Source of the DNA: an uncultured Acidimicrobiia bacterium
Lineage (GTDB): Bacteria > Acidobacteriota > Terriglobia > Versatilivoradales > Versatilivoraceae
DNA: 64,000 nt
Direction: 5' to 3'
Assembly: GCA_963786955.1 (NCBI GenBank)
Contig: CAWBAT010000004.1
Location: 640,001 to 704,000, forward strand
This document shows, in pieces, positions 19,545 through 29,582 of the stretch. Both the position numbers and the translations under genes were made by a program. The notes below the pieces were generated by a model. The model had not been told where the DNA came from, did no database searches, and saw only the letters and a program-made list of their open reading frames with translations. How positions within the stretch are numbered: position 1 is the first letter of the stretch; every line of letters starts with the position of its first letter.

Positions 19545-19555
19545 TCACCTCCTTT
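19545..19555 (-). promoter_or_regulatory. Stand-alone strong Shine-Dalgarno (STAB-SD-like) in the long 5' UTR
   Basis: AAAGGAGGTGA with no start codon at normal spacing downstream (GAGATCTAGAGTC). Confidence 0.45.
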
Positions 19556-19629
19556 AGACACCTAATTCATTCCTCTAGATCCAATATTTTTCTTGGTTAA
19601 TTTGTTAAGACTATTAAAATAACGCGCTT

Positions 19630-19658
19630 ACGTTAACACCCTGAATTTTTGATGTCAA
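19630..19658 (-). promoter_or_regulatory. Sigma70-type promoter for the 529-aa gene
   Basis: TTGACA (19658-19653), 17-bp spacer, TAACGT (19635-19630) with extended -10 TG; AT-rich surroundings. Confidence 0.6.
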
Positions 19659-19974
19659 GATTATTTTTTGGCCTGCACCAGCTTAAATTAATGGAACCAA
19701 AATAGTTGCGCCGGGTTCACTGAGAATTTAACAAAACTCGTCCGGGAGAGTAAAGCTCACCATTTTTGTTCTAGATCAAAGCGTAGTCCAAAAACTTTGC
19801 TACCGGGAAATTTCACAGTGAAATATTATTCCAATTCAAAATCGAAATGCAACATGAAAATCTTAGGCATGTCTCCCAAACTTCATCGGATCAGGTACCT
19901 TTTCGGATGCAGGCCGAGAAACCTTACAAAAATCTTCACCGGGGGCGTTCAATCATTCTGCATATTCAGAATCG

Positions 19975-20240
19975 TCACCGAGGGCGTTGCCCTCGGCTAC
20001 GGTGTTACAAGGCCTTTCAGACCGTTAGTAGCTGGCGGATACCCGTTTTAGCCGGGTCGTTGGTTCCGGCCCAGGATTACCGAGGCTGGTTAAAATAACA
20101 TATGGTAGGACAGGCTCGTCGAGGCCGGCGATGACATTCGGCGGGCACGGCGTGCCCCCCCCAATCAGCTAAGACAATCCCCCCTGCAGGCGGGACGCCT
20201 GCACCACAAATGTTTTGGTGCGGGCCTTTGGCCTGCACAT
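19975..20240. repeat. REP cluster downstream of gspD
   Basis: CCGAGGGCGTTGCCCTCGGCTAC, degenerate GTAG units and GCAGGCGGGACGCCTGCACCAC, shared with the 12.7-kb cluster. Confidence 0.75.
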
Positions 20241-20277
20241 AGGTTTTAATTCCAAACCTATAGGCTCAACGCTCGGT

Positions 20278-22515
20278 TTACTCCATGCGAATATTTTTTT
20301 TGATCGCTTTTAGCGTAGATTTTAGCTCATCGGTAATTTCCGACGCTTGATCGATGTTCTCAATCACACGGGGTGTAATCAGCACAATCAGTTCGGTGCG
20401 CGTTTTCGTATAGGTGGTAGTCCCAAACAGTAAGCCCACACCCGGAAGGTCTCCCAATAGCGGAATTCGATTTTTCCCGAGTAACCGGCTTTCCAAAATG
20501 ATTCCACCAATGGCGATTGTCTCTCCGTCCATGACCGTCACCTGCGTGTTCACAGAACGGATTTGAATTGAGGGAGATTGAATGCCGCTACCAGGATCCG
20601 GCGCAACCGGGCTGCTGACTTCCTGGTTAATCTTAAGGGTCACCCATCCGCTGGAATTAATCCTCGGGGTCACTGTCAGAATGATACCGGTGCTGCGGTT
20701 CTGGATAGTGTTGCTGAATAGGCCCTGACTCCCGGTCCCCCCCGCTATAGTTCCTTGGGAGGTCAGCAAAGGCACCTCCTGCCCGACCTGAATCCGAGCA
20801 TCGGTATTGTCTGAAGCAATAACGGTTGGGGCTGACAGAACCCGTGTGTTCTGCTGGCTTTCCTGAGCGTTTAAGAAGACTAATAATTGCTGTGTGTTCC
20901 CGATTAGCATGCCCGTAGCAACGTTCAACCCCGCTTTTAGACTCCCTACGGCGGCAGCCGAAAAGGAGGCGGCGGTAGTACGGTCGGCGGCGTTTCGTTG
21001 AGAAGACAGAAAATACGAGACTCCCATTGACAAAGCACCGGTCAAATCGACTTCGTAGATCTTGGCGTCAATAAACACCTGCTTTGGCACAAGATCTAGA
21101 GCTCGGATGGTTTCCTGGATCGTCTCATAGTCTTGAGGGCTGCTTTGGACAACGATTGAATTGGTGATTTCATCAGCCACAATCCTGATGTCTCCACGAA
21201 GCAACTTGACCTGACTCCGAGTGACCTCCCCTCCGACCGCACGCGCGGGAGTAGACGCTCCTCCAGGAGTAAAACCCGCTGCGGTGGTTTCGCTGGATTC
21301 AGACTCTGTCGCATAAATCTGAGTCAGCATGGACGCGATGTTTTTAGCGATGCCATTTTGAACTTTATAAACATAGTTTTTGATGCTCATATTTTCGCCA
21401 GGCTGATCAAGCCTTTGAATCCACTTCTCCACTTCCGCAAAGGCGGTGGTACTGGGACTCACGACCAGGATGGCATTGATCCGGTCAATCGGAAGAAACC
21501 GAATGGCAGAATCTTTTTTCGATAGAGCGTAGGCAGCGAAAACATTCTCGAGCTCGGAAGCCAAATCCTTAGCCCGATTGTTCTTGACAGGGAACAACTG
21601 CACTCTCTTATTCTGGAATACATCCGCATCAAAAATGCTGACCAATTCCAACAGCCGCTTCAAATTCATGGCGGTTTCCGTGAGGATCAGGATGTTCCCT
21701 CCTTCATGGACCACCATACTCCCGCTTTCCGAAAGATAAGGTTCCAATACCTTTGACATATCTTTAGCTGAAACGAAACGCATGGGTATCACTTGCATGA
21801 TTCGATCGGCATTTCCCGCGCGAGCGTCGGGCTGGCTGTCTGTCCGAATCGGGACTGGAAGTTGTTTGACATCAGAGCGAGGCACAATCTGATAAAAGTT
21901 GCCCGTTTTTACAATCGCGGCCCCATTCAGTCTTAAGATCGTTTCAAGCAGTGGAATTAAATCTTCGCGCCTGACTTCCCCCATCGTGCTGATGGTGGCC
22001 ACCCCTTTCACCTTGGGGTCAACAACATAATTGATCTTGAGCTCATTCCCAATAATGTTGATGACCTGGTTAAGATCTGCCTGGAACAGCTGCAACTTCA
22101 CATTGGACGGAGTTCCCGGGACCTCGGCAGGTACCGGAGGATTAGGGGTACTCGTCGGGATTGGAGAGGGAGCGGGAGGACTGGTCTGAGGGCCGGGAGC
22201 GGTTCCTGCGGCAGGAGGAGTAGTCTCGGCTGCCGATGAGGCCGTATGAGCGTCTGAAGGCTGCCCGGTCTTCTTCAATACCTTCATGGGGCCATAAGGC
22301 GTTTGGACCTCTATGGTTTCATCCTGGCCGTTCGGTGGCACAGCACTGTCGGCAGACTTTGGCGGGAGCGTTGGATTCTCGGCCGGAGTTGTCTCTCCTG
22401 CTTTTTTCTCCTTCGTGGCCGATTCCTGGCCTTGCAGCATAGGCTGAACGCAGAACTGCAAAGAGATTAGAAGAGCTAACCATGTACATCTAAAGCGTGA
22501 CGGATTCTTGTTCAT
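20278..22515 (-). CDS. gspD: Type II secretion secretin GspD with Pro-rich N-terminal linker
   Basis: N domains (NYVVDPKVKG, ADEITNSIVV); QVFIDAKIYEV, LSAP, GIILTVTPRIN, IPLLGDLPGVGLLF, RTELIVLITPRVI. Confidence 0.95.
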   Translation of the reverse strand: MNKNPSRFRCTWLALLISLQFCVQPMLQGQESATKEKKAGETTPAENPTLPPKSADSAVPPNGQDETIEVQTPYGPMKVLKKTGQPSDAHTASSAAETTPPAAGTAPGPQTSPPAPSPIPTSTPNPPVPAEVPGTPSNVKLQLFQADLNQVINIIGNELKINYVVDPKVKGVATISTMGEVRREDLIPLLETILRLNGAAIVKTGNFYQIVPRSDVKQLPVPIRTDSQPDARAGNADRIMQVIPMRFVSAKDMSKVLEPYLSESGSMVVHEGGNILILTETAMNLKRLLELVSIFDADVFQNKRVQLFPVKNNRAKDLASELENVFAAYALSKKDSAIRFLPIDRINAILVVSPSTTAFAEVEKWIQRLDQPGENMSIKNYVYKVQNGIAKNIASMLTQIYATESESSETTAAGFTPGGASTPARAVGGEVTRSQVKLLRGDIRIVADEITNSIVVQSSPQDYETIQETIRALDLVPKQVFIDAKIYEVDLTGALSMGVSYFLSSQRNAADRTTAASFSAAAVGSLKAGLNVATGMLIGNTQQLLVFLNAQESQQNTRVLSAPTVIASDNTDARIQVGQEVPLLTSQGTIAGGTGSQGLFSNTIQNRSTGIILTVTPRINSSGWVTLKINQEVSSPVAPDPGSGIQSPSIQIRSVNTQVTVMDGETIAIGGIILESRLLGKNRIPLLGDLPGVGLLFGTTTYTKTRTELIVLITPRVIENIDQASEITDELKSTLKAIKKNIRME

Positions 22516-22644
22516 CGGGTTCTATGTTTCCTGAATAGAAAGTGTTGATTGCCGGTTTCTGAGCTTCCCTACTTTTCCTCGACGTGAAGTTCCTTCGTAC
22601 TCCCTTAGTGCTGCATTTCATCAATACGGTGGCGTTCCTTTTGG

Positions 22645-22912
22645 GTAGGGCGGTCTCGCTGAGACGGCCGCAGTTTGTGTTGCCCTTACAGGAATCGCCA
22701 CCGAGGGCGTTGCCCTCGGCTACGGTGTTAAAAGGCCTTTCAGCCCGTTAGCTCGCCGCAGACATTCGGCGCCCAAATTTGTGTTGCCCTTACAGGGCAA
22801 CGGACATTTTGGAACCGGAACCGAGGGCGTTGCCCTCGGCTACGGTGTCAAAAGGCCTTTCAGGCCGTAAGCTCACCGCAGACATTCGGCGCGCTCGGGG
22901 AGCGCGCCCTAC
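22645..22912. repeat. REP cluster with two tandem roughly 100-120-bp units between the gspC-like gene and gspD
   Basis: GTAGGGCGGTCTCGCTGAGAC; 2x TGTGTTGCCCTTACAGG..CCGAGGGCGTTGCCCTCGGCTAC..GCAGACATTCGGCGC. Confidence 0.8.
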
Positions 22913-22950
22913 CATGAATCCCACAATAGCTAAAGCACTACACTTCTGTT

Positions 22951-23682
22951 TCATTTATCCCTGGTATAAATCGTAAAAGGACCAAAAGGCGAAGGAATAC
23001 TTCTCTTTACCTTGCCATCGACAACGGCTCCCACAGGAGCCTGGTCGCTGGAGGCTTGGGGGGGCGGATTTGGAACATTCGCTGCAGTGGTACGAGCGGA
23101 ATCCGCACCCGAATCGATTGAAGTGACTCTAGCCGCGTTTCCAGAGCCAGTGGTGGGCTGGCTGGGGGCGGTGACAGGTAGTTCCCGGGCCACCAGTTTG
23201 GCCGGCTCGCTAAGGGGAATTTCAAGTTCCTTTCCACCGATGCTCATCGTCACCTTTTGGTCGAGGAACTTTATCAAGGTATATCCGTCGATGGTGTCCC
23301 CAATCCTCAGTTGCCTATAGCCCCGGCTATCCTTGGCATCGGCAGGAAGCATCAAAGCCAAATCCTGCCCGCCAAATCCCAAAATTCCGGTGAGGATCGG
23401 CTTGGGTTTATTGACGACAGACGCCTCTGGATCCTGTGGAATGACATTGTTTCGGTCTAGCGCAAAAAGGTTGTTATCGACGATCGCCACATAGCTCGCC
23501 ACCGGGACAGGTTTTGCACCGGTGTTCTGCGCCACCGAAGCGCCATCGGGTTTTGGGTTGAAAATCGACAGATTATGGCTGGCCCAAAATTGATTCCTCT
23601 GGCGGTTCAAATAGAGGAACATCAGTAGGGCGGTTCCGACTAGCAATAGATCGAGGAGTATTAAGTTTTTTCTTTTCGTCAT
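22951..23682 (-). CDS. T2SS GspC/GspN-like bitopic protein
   Basis: N-terminal TM, IVDNNLF..R, LTGI..G...AL, LRIGDTIDGYTL (HR-domain-like); lies between gspM and gspD. Confidence 0.6.
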   Translation of the reverse strand: MTKRKNLILLDLLLVGTALLMFLYLNRQRNQFWASHNLSIFNPKPDGASVAQNTGAKPVPVASYVAIVDNNLFALDRNNVIPQDPEASVVNKPKPILTGILGFGGQDLALMLPADAKDSRGYRQLRIGDTIDGYTLIKFLDQKVTMSIGGKELEIPLSEPAKLVARELPVTAPSQPTTGSGNAARVTSIDSGADSARTTAANVPNPPPQASSDQAPVGAVVDGKVKRSIPSPFGPFTIYTRDK

Positions 23683-23726
23683 AAGAGGGTCCCAGTAAAA
23701 ACCCAAATTAGGAATAGATACCTCAT

Positions 23727-24347
23727 TTAAGATTTCTTGGCTGGCGGAGTGCTGTCCGGCTGCGCCCGTTTCAACCCCGAGATCATTAAGCTGGTGGATA
23801 CTTGTTTGTTCTTCAGATTGTTTGTTTCCATCGGCAAAATTCTCAGCTCTTCAATGAAGAGAATTTGGGGAGCCGTTTCAAGCCCGGTCAGCAATGCGAC
23901 CACCTGGTCCAGGTTTCCCGTCATCTCGATATGCGTCGAGACCTTGCTGTACTCAGGACTCACATTTTTGACAGGTAATATGTCGCTGCGACGAAAATTG
24001 AGCCCTTTGGCCCGAACCATCTCTTTGATTAATCCCTGCAATTCGGCATTAGCCAGGGCATCAATACTGTTTTCGAGAAGACCCATCTCCGCGGAAACCA
24101 GCTGTCGCTGCGTCTCGTCAAGAGCAGCCCTTACAGAATCCTGTCCGCGCAAAAGGCGTCGATAATTGGTTAAGCGCTTAGCGTGGATCGCGATCTTTTC
24201 CGCCATTGCAGACGAAGAATCCAAGTAGGGAAACAAGAATGAATTCGCCACGTAATAGACGAGAATACTGGCGAGGGCCATCGCAACCAGCCACTTTTCT
24301 CTATTCGATACCTTGATGCTCTTCAAATACCTCAAAAACTCCATCAC
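23727..24347 (-). CDS. gspM: T2SS GspM/PilO-like protein
   Basis: SNREKWLV then TM, coiled coil, LL-x-x-LE..P-x-ILFIEEL; operon position. Confidence 0.8.
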   Translation of the reverse strand: MMEFLRYLKSIKVSNREKWLVAMALASILVYYVANSFLFPYLDSSSAMAEKIAIHAKRLTNYRRLLRGQDSVRAALDETQRQLVSAEMGLLENSIDALANAELQGLIKEMVRAKGLNFRRSDILPVKNVSPEYSKVSTHIEMTGNLDQVVALLTGLETAPQILFIEELRILPMETNNLKNKQVSTSLMISGLKRAQPDSTPPAKKS

Positions 24348-24448
24348 ACCCCCGCTGGTTCATCAAAAAGCTGCAAAAGACGATCCGAATTCATGCTCTT
24401 TCAGTAACTAAACTAATTCAAACAAATTAGTTGTGGTCGGCCACTAAA

Positions 24449-24485
24449 GCCACCCCCCAGTATTTCCCCCTTGGCAAGGGGGGAC
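24449..24485. repeat. C/G-run palindromic REP-like element
   Basis: TCCCCCTTGGCAAGGGGGGA; related element near 30875. Confidence 0.5.
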
Positions 24486-24534
24486 TTGAGCGAGGTCGAT
24501 GTCCGAATTGCAACGTGAGATTAATGCGCTAGTC

Positions 24535-26016
24535 CTAGTTCTGGCCAATGGTCGCCCCTAAGTTCTTCACGGCTGAGGAAGCAGCAGGGCTGGGAACCAA
24601 CGAGGCCTGCGGCAAAACCTCGACTTGCATTCGAATTCTAAATTGTTCTTTTCCACCACTGTCTCGAGTGATTGGAGCGGCAAATTCTGCATTCTTGAAA
24701 TAGGGCGAACCATCCAGGATCTTAGGCAGCGTCGCTGCGTCATCGGATGCTCCATTAATCTCGATGAGCTGATCTTTGATACTGAACTGTAAAACATAAC
24801 TATTCTTAGGCAAGACAACCGAAAGCTCATTTAAAGCGCCTAAAACCAAGCTATTGGATCTCCGGAAATTCGACAAGAGCTCGCTGCGCCGTTGCAGATC
24901 GGCCAGTTGGGACTCCACCGACCGGACCTTCTTCACCTCGGGTTCCAGTCGGGTAACCTCCCGTCCAAGTTGTCTGGCATAAATGTATTGTTGCACCGTC
25001 CCTCGCATGCCGAGGCAAAGCAACAGGACCAAGTTGATTCCTAACAAAGCATAGGCCGAGGTCCAGGCCCAACGGGACTTTTGGGGGCGCTCTTCGGGCG
25101 GCAAGAGGTTGATAGGAATAGGATTCTTCCTTTCGAGCCCCGATCGCGCCGCCGATATAGGAAGGAAATATTCACTGAACTTCTGGTTGTCGAGTATCTT
25201 GCCGGATAATTCAAAACCCAGGGGTGTTAATCCTGAAATCCGATGGATCTTTAACCTTCCCTCCGCAGTCTCGACATCCCGCATTTTTTCTGTGCGGCCG
25301 ACAAGGAAGATATCCAGCGGAACAGCATCTGGCACTGGAACCTGTTCGCGAAAAACCTCGACCTCCGCTTTGAAGCTTTCAACGAGTTCCTCGTCAGTTG
25401 AAAACTGAATCGTACGTGATTGATGGATTGATTTGTTCACGAATCCGACCAGTTCCGCCTGTTGCTCGCTCACATAGGCCAACAATGCGACAGAAAGCTG
25501 AAATTGTTGCGGCAGGAGAAGATAGTAATTGCTGATCACCACACTTGAGGGAATGATCCGGTCCAGTTTCAAACCAAATGCTCTACAAACGCCCAAGCCT
25601 CGTTGCAGCACGGACCTTAAGACCACAAAAATAGTGACCCCAATGGTCTTCACATCCGCCTTGTTTTTCGATACAAAAAAGTCATAAGCTACGCTGGCCT
25701 CATCGGTAGGCAGCAACCCCGCCAATTGGTACTCGACTACCTTCACCAAGTTCGATTCCGCCTCGGCAGGAAGTTTGATCTGCCGCACAACACTATCGCT
25801 CCGGGGAATCACCAATACAGATCGGCACCCAGTTGCTTTGTTCTTTTGAATGAGCCCGGCAATTTGCTTTTGAATCTCGGATGGGGGCTTTTCGGCGAAC
25901 TTGTCAATCGAAAGACCCTCGATCCAGGTGATCTTCTTGAATCGGCGGGACAATAAGGCCAATCGGAGTGTCTCTCCGTCAATAAAGATGCCCAAACTGT
26001 GCTTGCTCATGACCAT
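24535..26016 (-). CDS. gspL: T2SS GspL (PilM-like cytoplasmic domain plus PilN domain)
   Basis: LGIFID, RQIKLP, INLLP-x-E, TM, LNELS-x-x-LP, L-x-x-SPYFKNAEF. Confidence 0.85.
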   Translation of the reverse strand: MVMSKHSLGIFIDGETLRLALLSRRFKKITWIEGLSIDKFAEKPPSEIQKQIAGLIQKNKATGCRSVLVIPRSDSVVRQIKLPAEAESNLVKVVEYQLAGLLPTDEASVAYDFFVSKNKADVKTIGVTIFVVLRSVLQRGLGVCRAFGLKLDRIIPSSVVISNYYLLLPQQFQLSVALLAYVSEQQAELVGFVNKSIHQSRTIQFSTDEELVESFKAEVEVFREQVPVPDAVPLDIFLVGRTEKMRDVETAEGRLKIHRISGLTPLGFELSGKILDNQKFSEYFLPISAARSGLERKNPIPINLLPPEERPQKSRWAWTSAYALLGINLVLLLCLGMRGTVQQYIYARQLGREVTRLEPEVKKVRSVESQLADLQRRSELLSNFRRSNSLVLGALNELSVVLPKNSYVLQFSIKDQLIEINGASDDAATLPKILDGSPYFKNAEFAAPITRDSGGKEQFRIRMQVEVLPQASLVPSPAASSAVKNLGATIGQN

Positions 26017-26052
26017 TGTCTTGTGAAAATCGTCGGTATCGTTTTTTTAGTT

Positions 26053-26142
26053 GTAGCCGGGGTCGTTGACCCCGGCCCCGGCCTCACCGAGGCCGGCTAC
26101 AACCGGCCTGGATATTTGGCGCGCTCTGCGAGCGCGCCCTAC
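26053..26142. repeat. GTAG REP cluster between gspK and gspL
   Basis: GTAGCCGGGGTCGTTGACCCCGG, CCGGCCTCACCGAGGCCGGCTAC, GGCGCGCTCTGCGAGCGCGCCCTAC. Confidence 0.85.
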
Positions 26143-26152
26143 CTTCATTCCC

Positions 26153-27195
26153 CTAATAACTAATGCACGACTGAGCAAAGAGGTTTTCATTGGCCACCCT
26201 CATTAGCCTCAGGTAGCCGGCTCCAGTTCAGAACCCGTTCAGCCGGCCAGTACTCGTCGTACCAGATGAGCTTTTCATGCTTCTGCTTAAGCGTATCATC
26301 GAACTTGACCACCGCTTTGACGCTCCGGCCAGCCTGAATTCTTCAAAAACGCCGTAGCGACAATACTGTAGGTTCCCGAAACGCTGCTTGAAAGCAGAGC
26401 CACTGACTCTCCAGGTATCGAAGCGGGAATCCGTTGAGACAGGTCGCTCATGCTCTTGATTGCATCTTTTTCTCTGGCGAGCACGATGGAGTTCGCGATA
26501 TGCATATCCATACCCGGTAGGGCCGCTATGGCTTCAGGTTCAGCGTAGTTTATATTGATCAGGGGTGCGCCTGTGTAGACGGTGACATACTCCGCCAATC
26601 CCCTCCCCAATCCAACAGTACCGTTTGGGCTTCTTCGCGGGCCTCCGTATAAAATCTCTCGGGTCATTCCTTTGACCTGCAGGAGTTCTTCCACAGAACG
26701 AAACTGCCGGGTTTTCTCAGTGACAGCTTCAGGGGAATCTTCCTGATCCTGACCTCGCCATTTCATGATCGATTTTGCCAGAAGAACGCTCAGATGCGGG
26801 TCCACGCCAATGTTTCCCATAAGTCTTTCCAGGGCTGGCTCATTTGAAAAATTCAGGTCCATTTTTCCAGCTTCATCCAGTACAGCCACATGACAGTCAA
26901 TCTCCGGGCTATGCATCCAGTAATGACTCATGCCGTCTGCGTAAGGTGGAAGTTTCTTTTGCCCCACTTTGTCCAGCTCGGGATAGACCATCTGATAGAC
27001 AACGGCTTCCAGTGCGCCTCGTGCATAAAAATAAGCTTTCTCGCTTTCTTCCGCGGCCCTAGCCATGCTCATTTCTGCCCTCACCGTGGATGCCAGGTTC
27101 AGAGCGAGCAGAGATAAGGCCGCGAGCACCCAGAGGAGGGTGATGAGCACAAACCCTTGTGTCTGACCAAACTTTTCGTCGCTCCGGCTTCTCAC
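26153..27195 (-). CDS. gspK: T2SS minor pseudopilin GspK, apparent frameshift near 26330
   Basis: GFVLITLLWVL, DEAGKMDLN, FRSVEELLQVKG, ININYA. In-frame stop at 26296, but another frame continues RSVKAVVKFD..LIWYDEYW to 26153. GTG 27195 with AAGGAG. Confidence 0.8.
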
Positions 27196-27278
27196 TTGGA
27201 TTGCTGTCTCCTTGTAAGAGCAATTGAAAAACTGATGATAAAAGCCAATGCGTCTGCTCCTCTTCGCTTCCGCGGGAC

Positions 27279-28028
27279 TTACGAGACGGTAGTTGAGTGA
27301 ACGGGGATCGCAATGGAGAGATCCCTGGCCCCCAGCAATCCAGGCTCGCTCCAACGCAATCTGATCCCGATTCCCTGCGGCAATAAGTCTCTTGACGGAC
27401 CCGGAGCGGTTGCACCTTCCAACTGCGGCCTGATATAGCTGAATTGAATACTCTCCAGATCTTCCAGAAGGGTGCGAGAATTCGTCCGGACGGAGAACTC
27501 ACGAAAAGCCACCACCGGAAAATTGTCATTACCTAATGAAATGTCATGAATCATCGAGTGGCCTATCGTGACATCATCGGGTAATCCTGTCTCGCTTAGG
27601 ACTAACGTCTTCTTAATGTGGTCACCCTGTCTTGAACTGGACACAAAATATTCTACGAAGTGAAATCCGCCGGCATTTCGCGATTGCGAAGAAAAAGTGG
27701 TCACGAATCGTATCCCCGATTCTGTGCCTTGAAAAATGAGCACTTTAACAGTTGAATCTTTGAGTTTCTGCGGAGAGATATAGGCGACCATCGAGCCCAG
27801 TTGCCGGTCGAGTAAGTCGAAGGTTGCCTGGGTGGTTCTAATCCGCTCCAAGCCGGTTTCCCCTTTTGCCCAGGCACTCGTTCCAATTCGGAAACCAAAG
27901 AGTATCGCCAACATCAAAAAACCTACGATGGTCATGCTGACGAGCAACTCGATGAGGGTAAATCCCGAGTTCACCCTGATCGCAGACTGAGGGGTAATCA
28001 ATTGGTCCTTAACTTTTTTGAGAACCAT
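27279..28028 (-). CDS. gspJ: T2SS pseudopilin GspJ
   Basis: GFTLIELLVSMTI prepilin motif; operon position. Confidence 0.8.
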   Translation of the reverse strand: MVLKKVKDQLITPQSAIRVNSGFTLIELLVSMTIVGFLMLAILFGFRIGTSAWAKGETGLERIRTTQATFDLLDRQLGSMVAYISPQKLKDSTVKVLIFQGTESGIRFVTTFSSQSRNAGGFHFVEYFVSSSRQGDHIKKTLVLSETGLPDDVTIGHSMIHDISLGNDNFPVVAFREFSVRTNSRTLLEDLESIQFSYIRPQLEGATAPGPSRDLLPQGIGIRLRWSEPGLLGARDLSIAIPVHSTTVS

Positions 28029-28519
28029 GTAAACGTTTCCAATGAATACTCATTTTGTTGTTGAGAGACGCCAGTCCAGATGACCGACAGGCGAATCTTT
28101 TCTATGACATTTTCACGAGAACTGTTCAGATCTTCCCCGAAGCGGACCGGGTCAATGCGGAATTTCCACGAATATTTGTCGTCAAACTGTCCTGCCGATA
28201 CGGTTGGAATATTCCCTTGATTGACACTAAGGACTAACTCGTTCAGCTTCATCTGTCCTAACCGAGTGAGTTTTTCACGTTCTTCAATGCGTCCTATATT
28301 CTTCAAGGAAGTGGACATCAGACTGAAGAGGGTTGCATAAACAATCCCCACGATCGTAATCGCGACCAGCACTTCCATCAGACTAAATCCTTGGGCACTT
28401 CGCCCTGAAGTACTTTCTCGTCTTAACATGTTTCCCGTTTGCAGCTCGACGACCTCACCCAGAAGCCCACGATTGCCGCGTTTTTTGCGGCAATCGTGGC
28501 TACCCGTCGAAGTTCTCAT
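27998..28519 (-). CDS. gspI: T2SS pseudopilin GspI (alternative start ATG 28429)
   Basis: GFSLMEVLVAITI prepilin motif. Confidence 0.8.
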   Translation of the reverse strand: MRTSTGSHDCRKKRGNRGLLGEVVELQTGNMLRRESTSGRSAQGFSLMEVLVAITIVGIVYATLFSLMSTSLKNIGRIEEREKLTRLGQMKLNELVLSVNQGNIPTVSAGQFDDKYSWKFRIDPVRFGEDLNSSRENVIEKIRLSVIWTGVSQQQNEYSLETFTWFSKKLRTN

Positions 28520-28544
28520 TGCCTGCGTGTTGTGAAACAGCGCA

Positions 28545-29102
28545 TTAGCCCTCGGTCTCCGCTGGGATCTGTTCGATTCGCGGGGAACCGGTCAGTACAT
28601 CTTGAAACACCTTTACCTGCAACCCTCGCTCCGTGCTAATCACTACTTGAAAACTGTCACTGAGACCATTTGGCATAAAGAAATAAGTTGAGCTCTCCTG
28701 TTTCCCTGACGGCTCCTGCTCTCCAAGAAGCGATCCCTTGATAATGGAAATACCGTAAGGCATGGATATCAACTTTTGGTATTTCAAGTCTTGACTTGCC
28801 AACTCAATTTCGTTCTTTTCCGAATCGATCCTCATCCAATAAAGCTGTTGCTCGCGAATCGCCTTCCATCGGGCGAAACGCATGGTGGCAGCAATTTCAC
28901 GCGAAGTGGTCCTGAGCTTTACGGCGGATAAGCCCCGCCCAATCGATGGCAGTGTTACCGACATAAGAATCCCAATCAGCACCAACACAACCAGGAGCTC
29001 AACGAGCGTGAATCCGGCTGCCCGGTTTACTCGCAGGCCTGAACGACGGGACCAATGAGAAGTCTTAAAGTCCTGCTCACTTCCAGCTACACACATCCTC
29101 AT
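28545..29102 (-). CDS. gspH: T2SS pseudopilin GspH/FimT-like
   Basis: GFTLVELLVVLVLIG, AR-x-x-AI and FF-x-PNG motifs. Confidence 0.8.
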   Translation of the reverse strand: MRMCVAGSEQDFKTSHWSRRSGLRVNRAAGFTLVELLVVLVLIGILMSVTLPSIGRGLSAVKLRTTSREIAATMRFARWKAIREQQLYWMRIDSEKNEIELASQDLKYQKLISMPYGISIIKGSLLGEQEPSGKQESSTYFFMPNGLSDSFQVVISTERGLQVKVFQDVLTGSPRIEQIPAETEG

Positions 29103-29526
29103 TCTCACCCTCTCCACCTTCTTTGCCGTCAGCCCCTTTAGAAATAATGTCTGGCTCATCCCCATGTTCGCCGGGGAATTTATACACATAAAGGTTCCCC
29201 CACGGATCTAATGGGATTTCTTTGGGCAGATAAGGTCCGTCCCAGTGGTTCGCGGAAACGGGCCTGACTCTCAATCCTTGCAACCCTTCCTCAGTTGTAG
29301 GAAATGTGCCAACGTCCAGTTTGTAAGCCCCCAAGGCCGTTTGAAAACTAGCGATCTGGGCCTTGGTGGCCGTAACCTTGCTCTTGCCCACGTTTTTGAA
29401 GAGTCGTGGCATGACGAGTGCCCCCAGCAAGCCGATAATGATCATCACAACCAGTAGTTCAATGAGGGTGAACCCTTTTGCCGCTTTGCGACGCTCCAGA
29501 TCTTCTTTGGTTCCTTGCATGTTCAT
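29077..29526 (-). CDS. gspG: T2SS major pseudopilin GspG
   Basis: GFTLIELLVV, YKLDVG-x-FPTTEEGL, WDGPYL, DPWGN-x-Y-x-Y, GADG-x-EGGEGE. Confidence 0.95.
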   Translation of the reverse strand: MNMQGTKEDLERRKAAKGFTLIELLVVMIIIGLLGALVMPRLFKNVGKSKVTATKAQIASFQTALGAYKLDVGTFPTTEEGLQGLRVRPVSANHWDGPYLPKEIPLDPWGNLYVYKFPGEHGDEPDIISKGADGKEGGEGENEDVCSWK

Positions 29527-29582
29527 CGAGTCTCCTTCAACAAATTTCTTTATCGCTCTCCGTGAGCCGACATATGTTCTGG

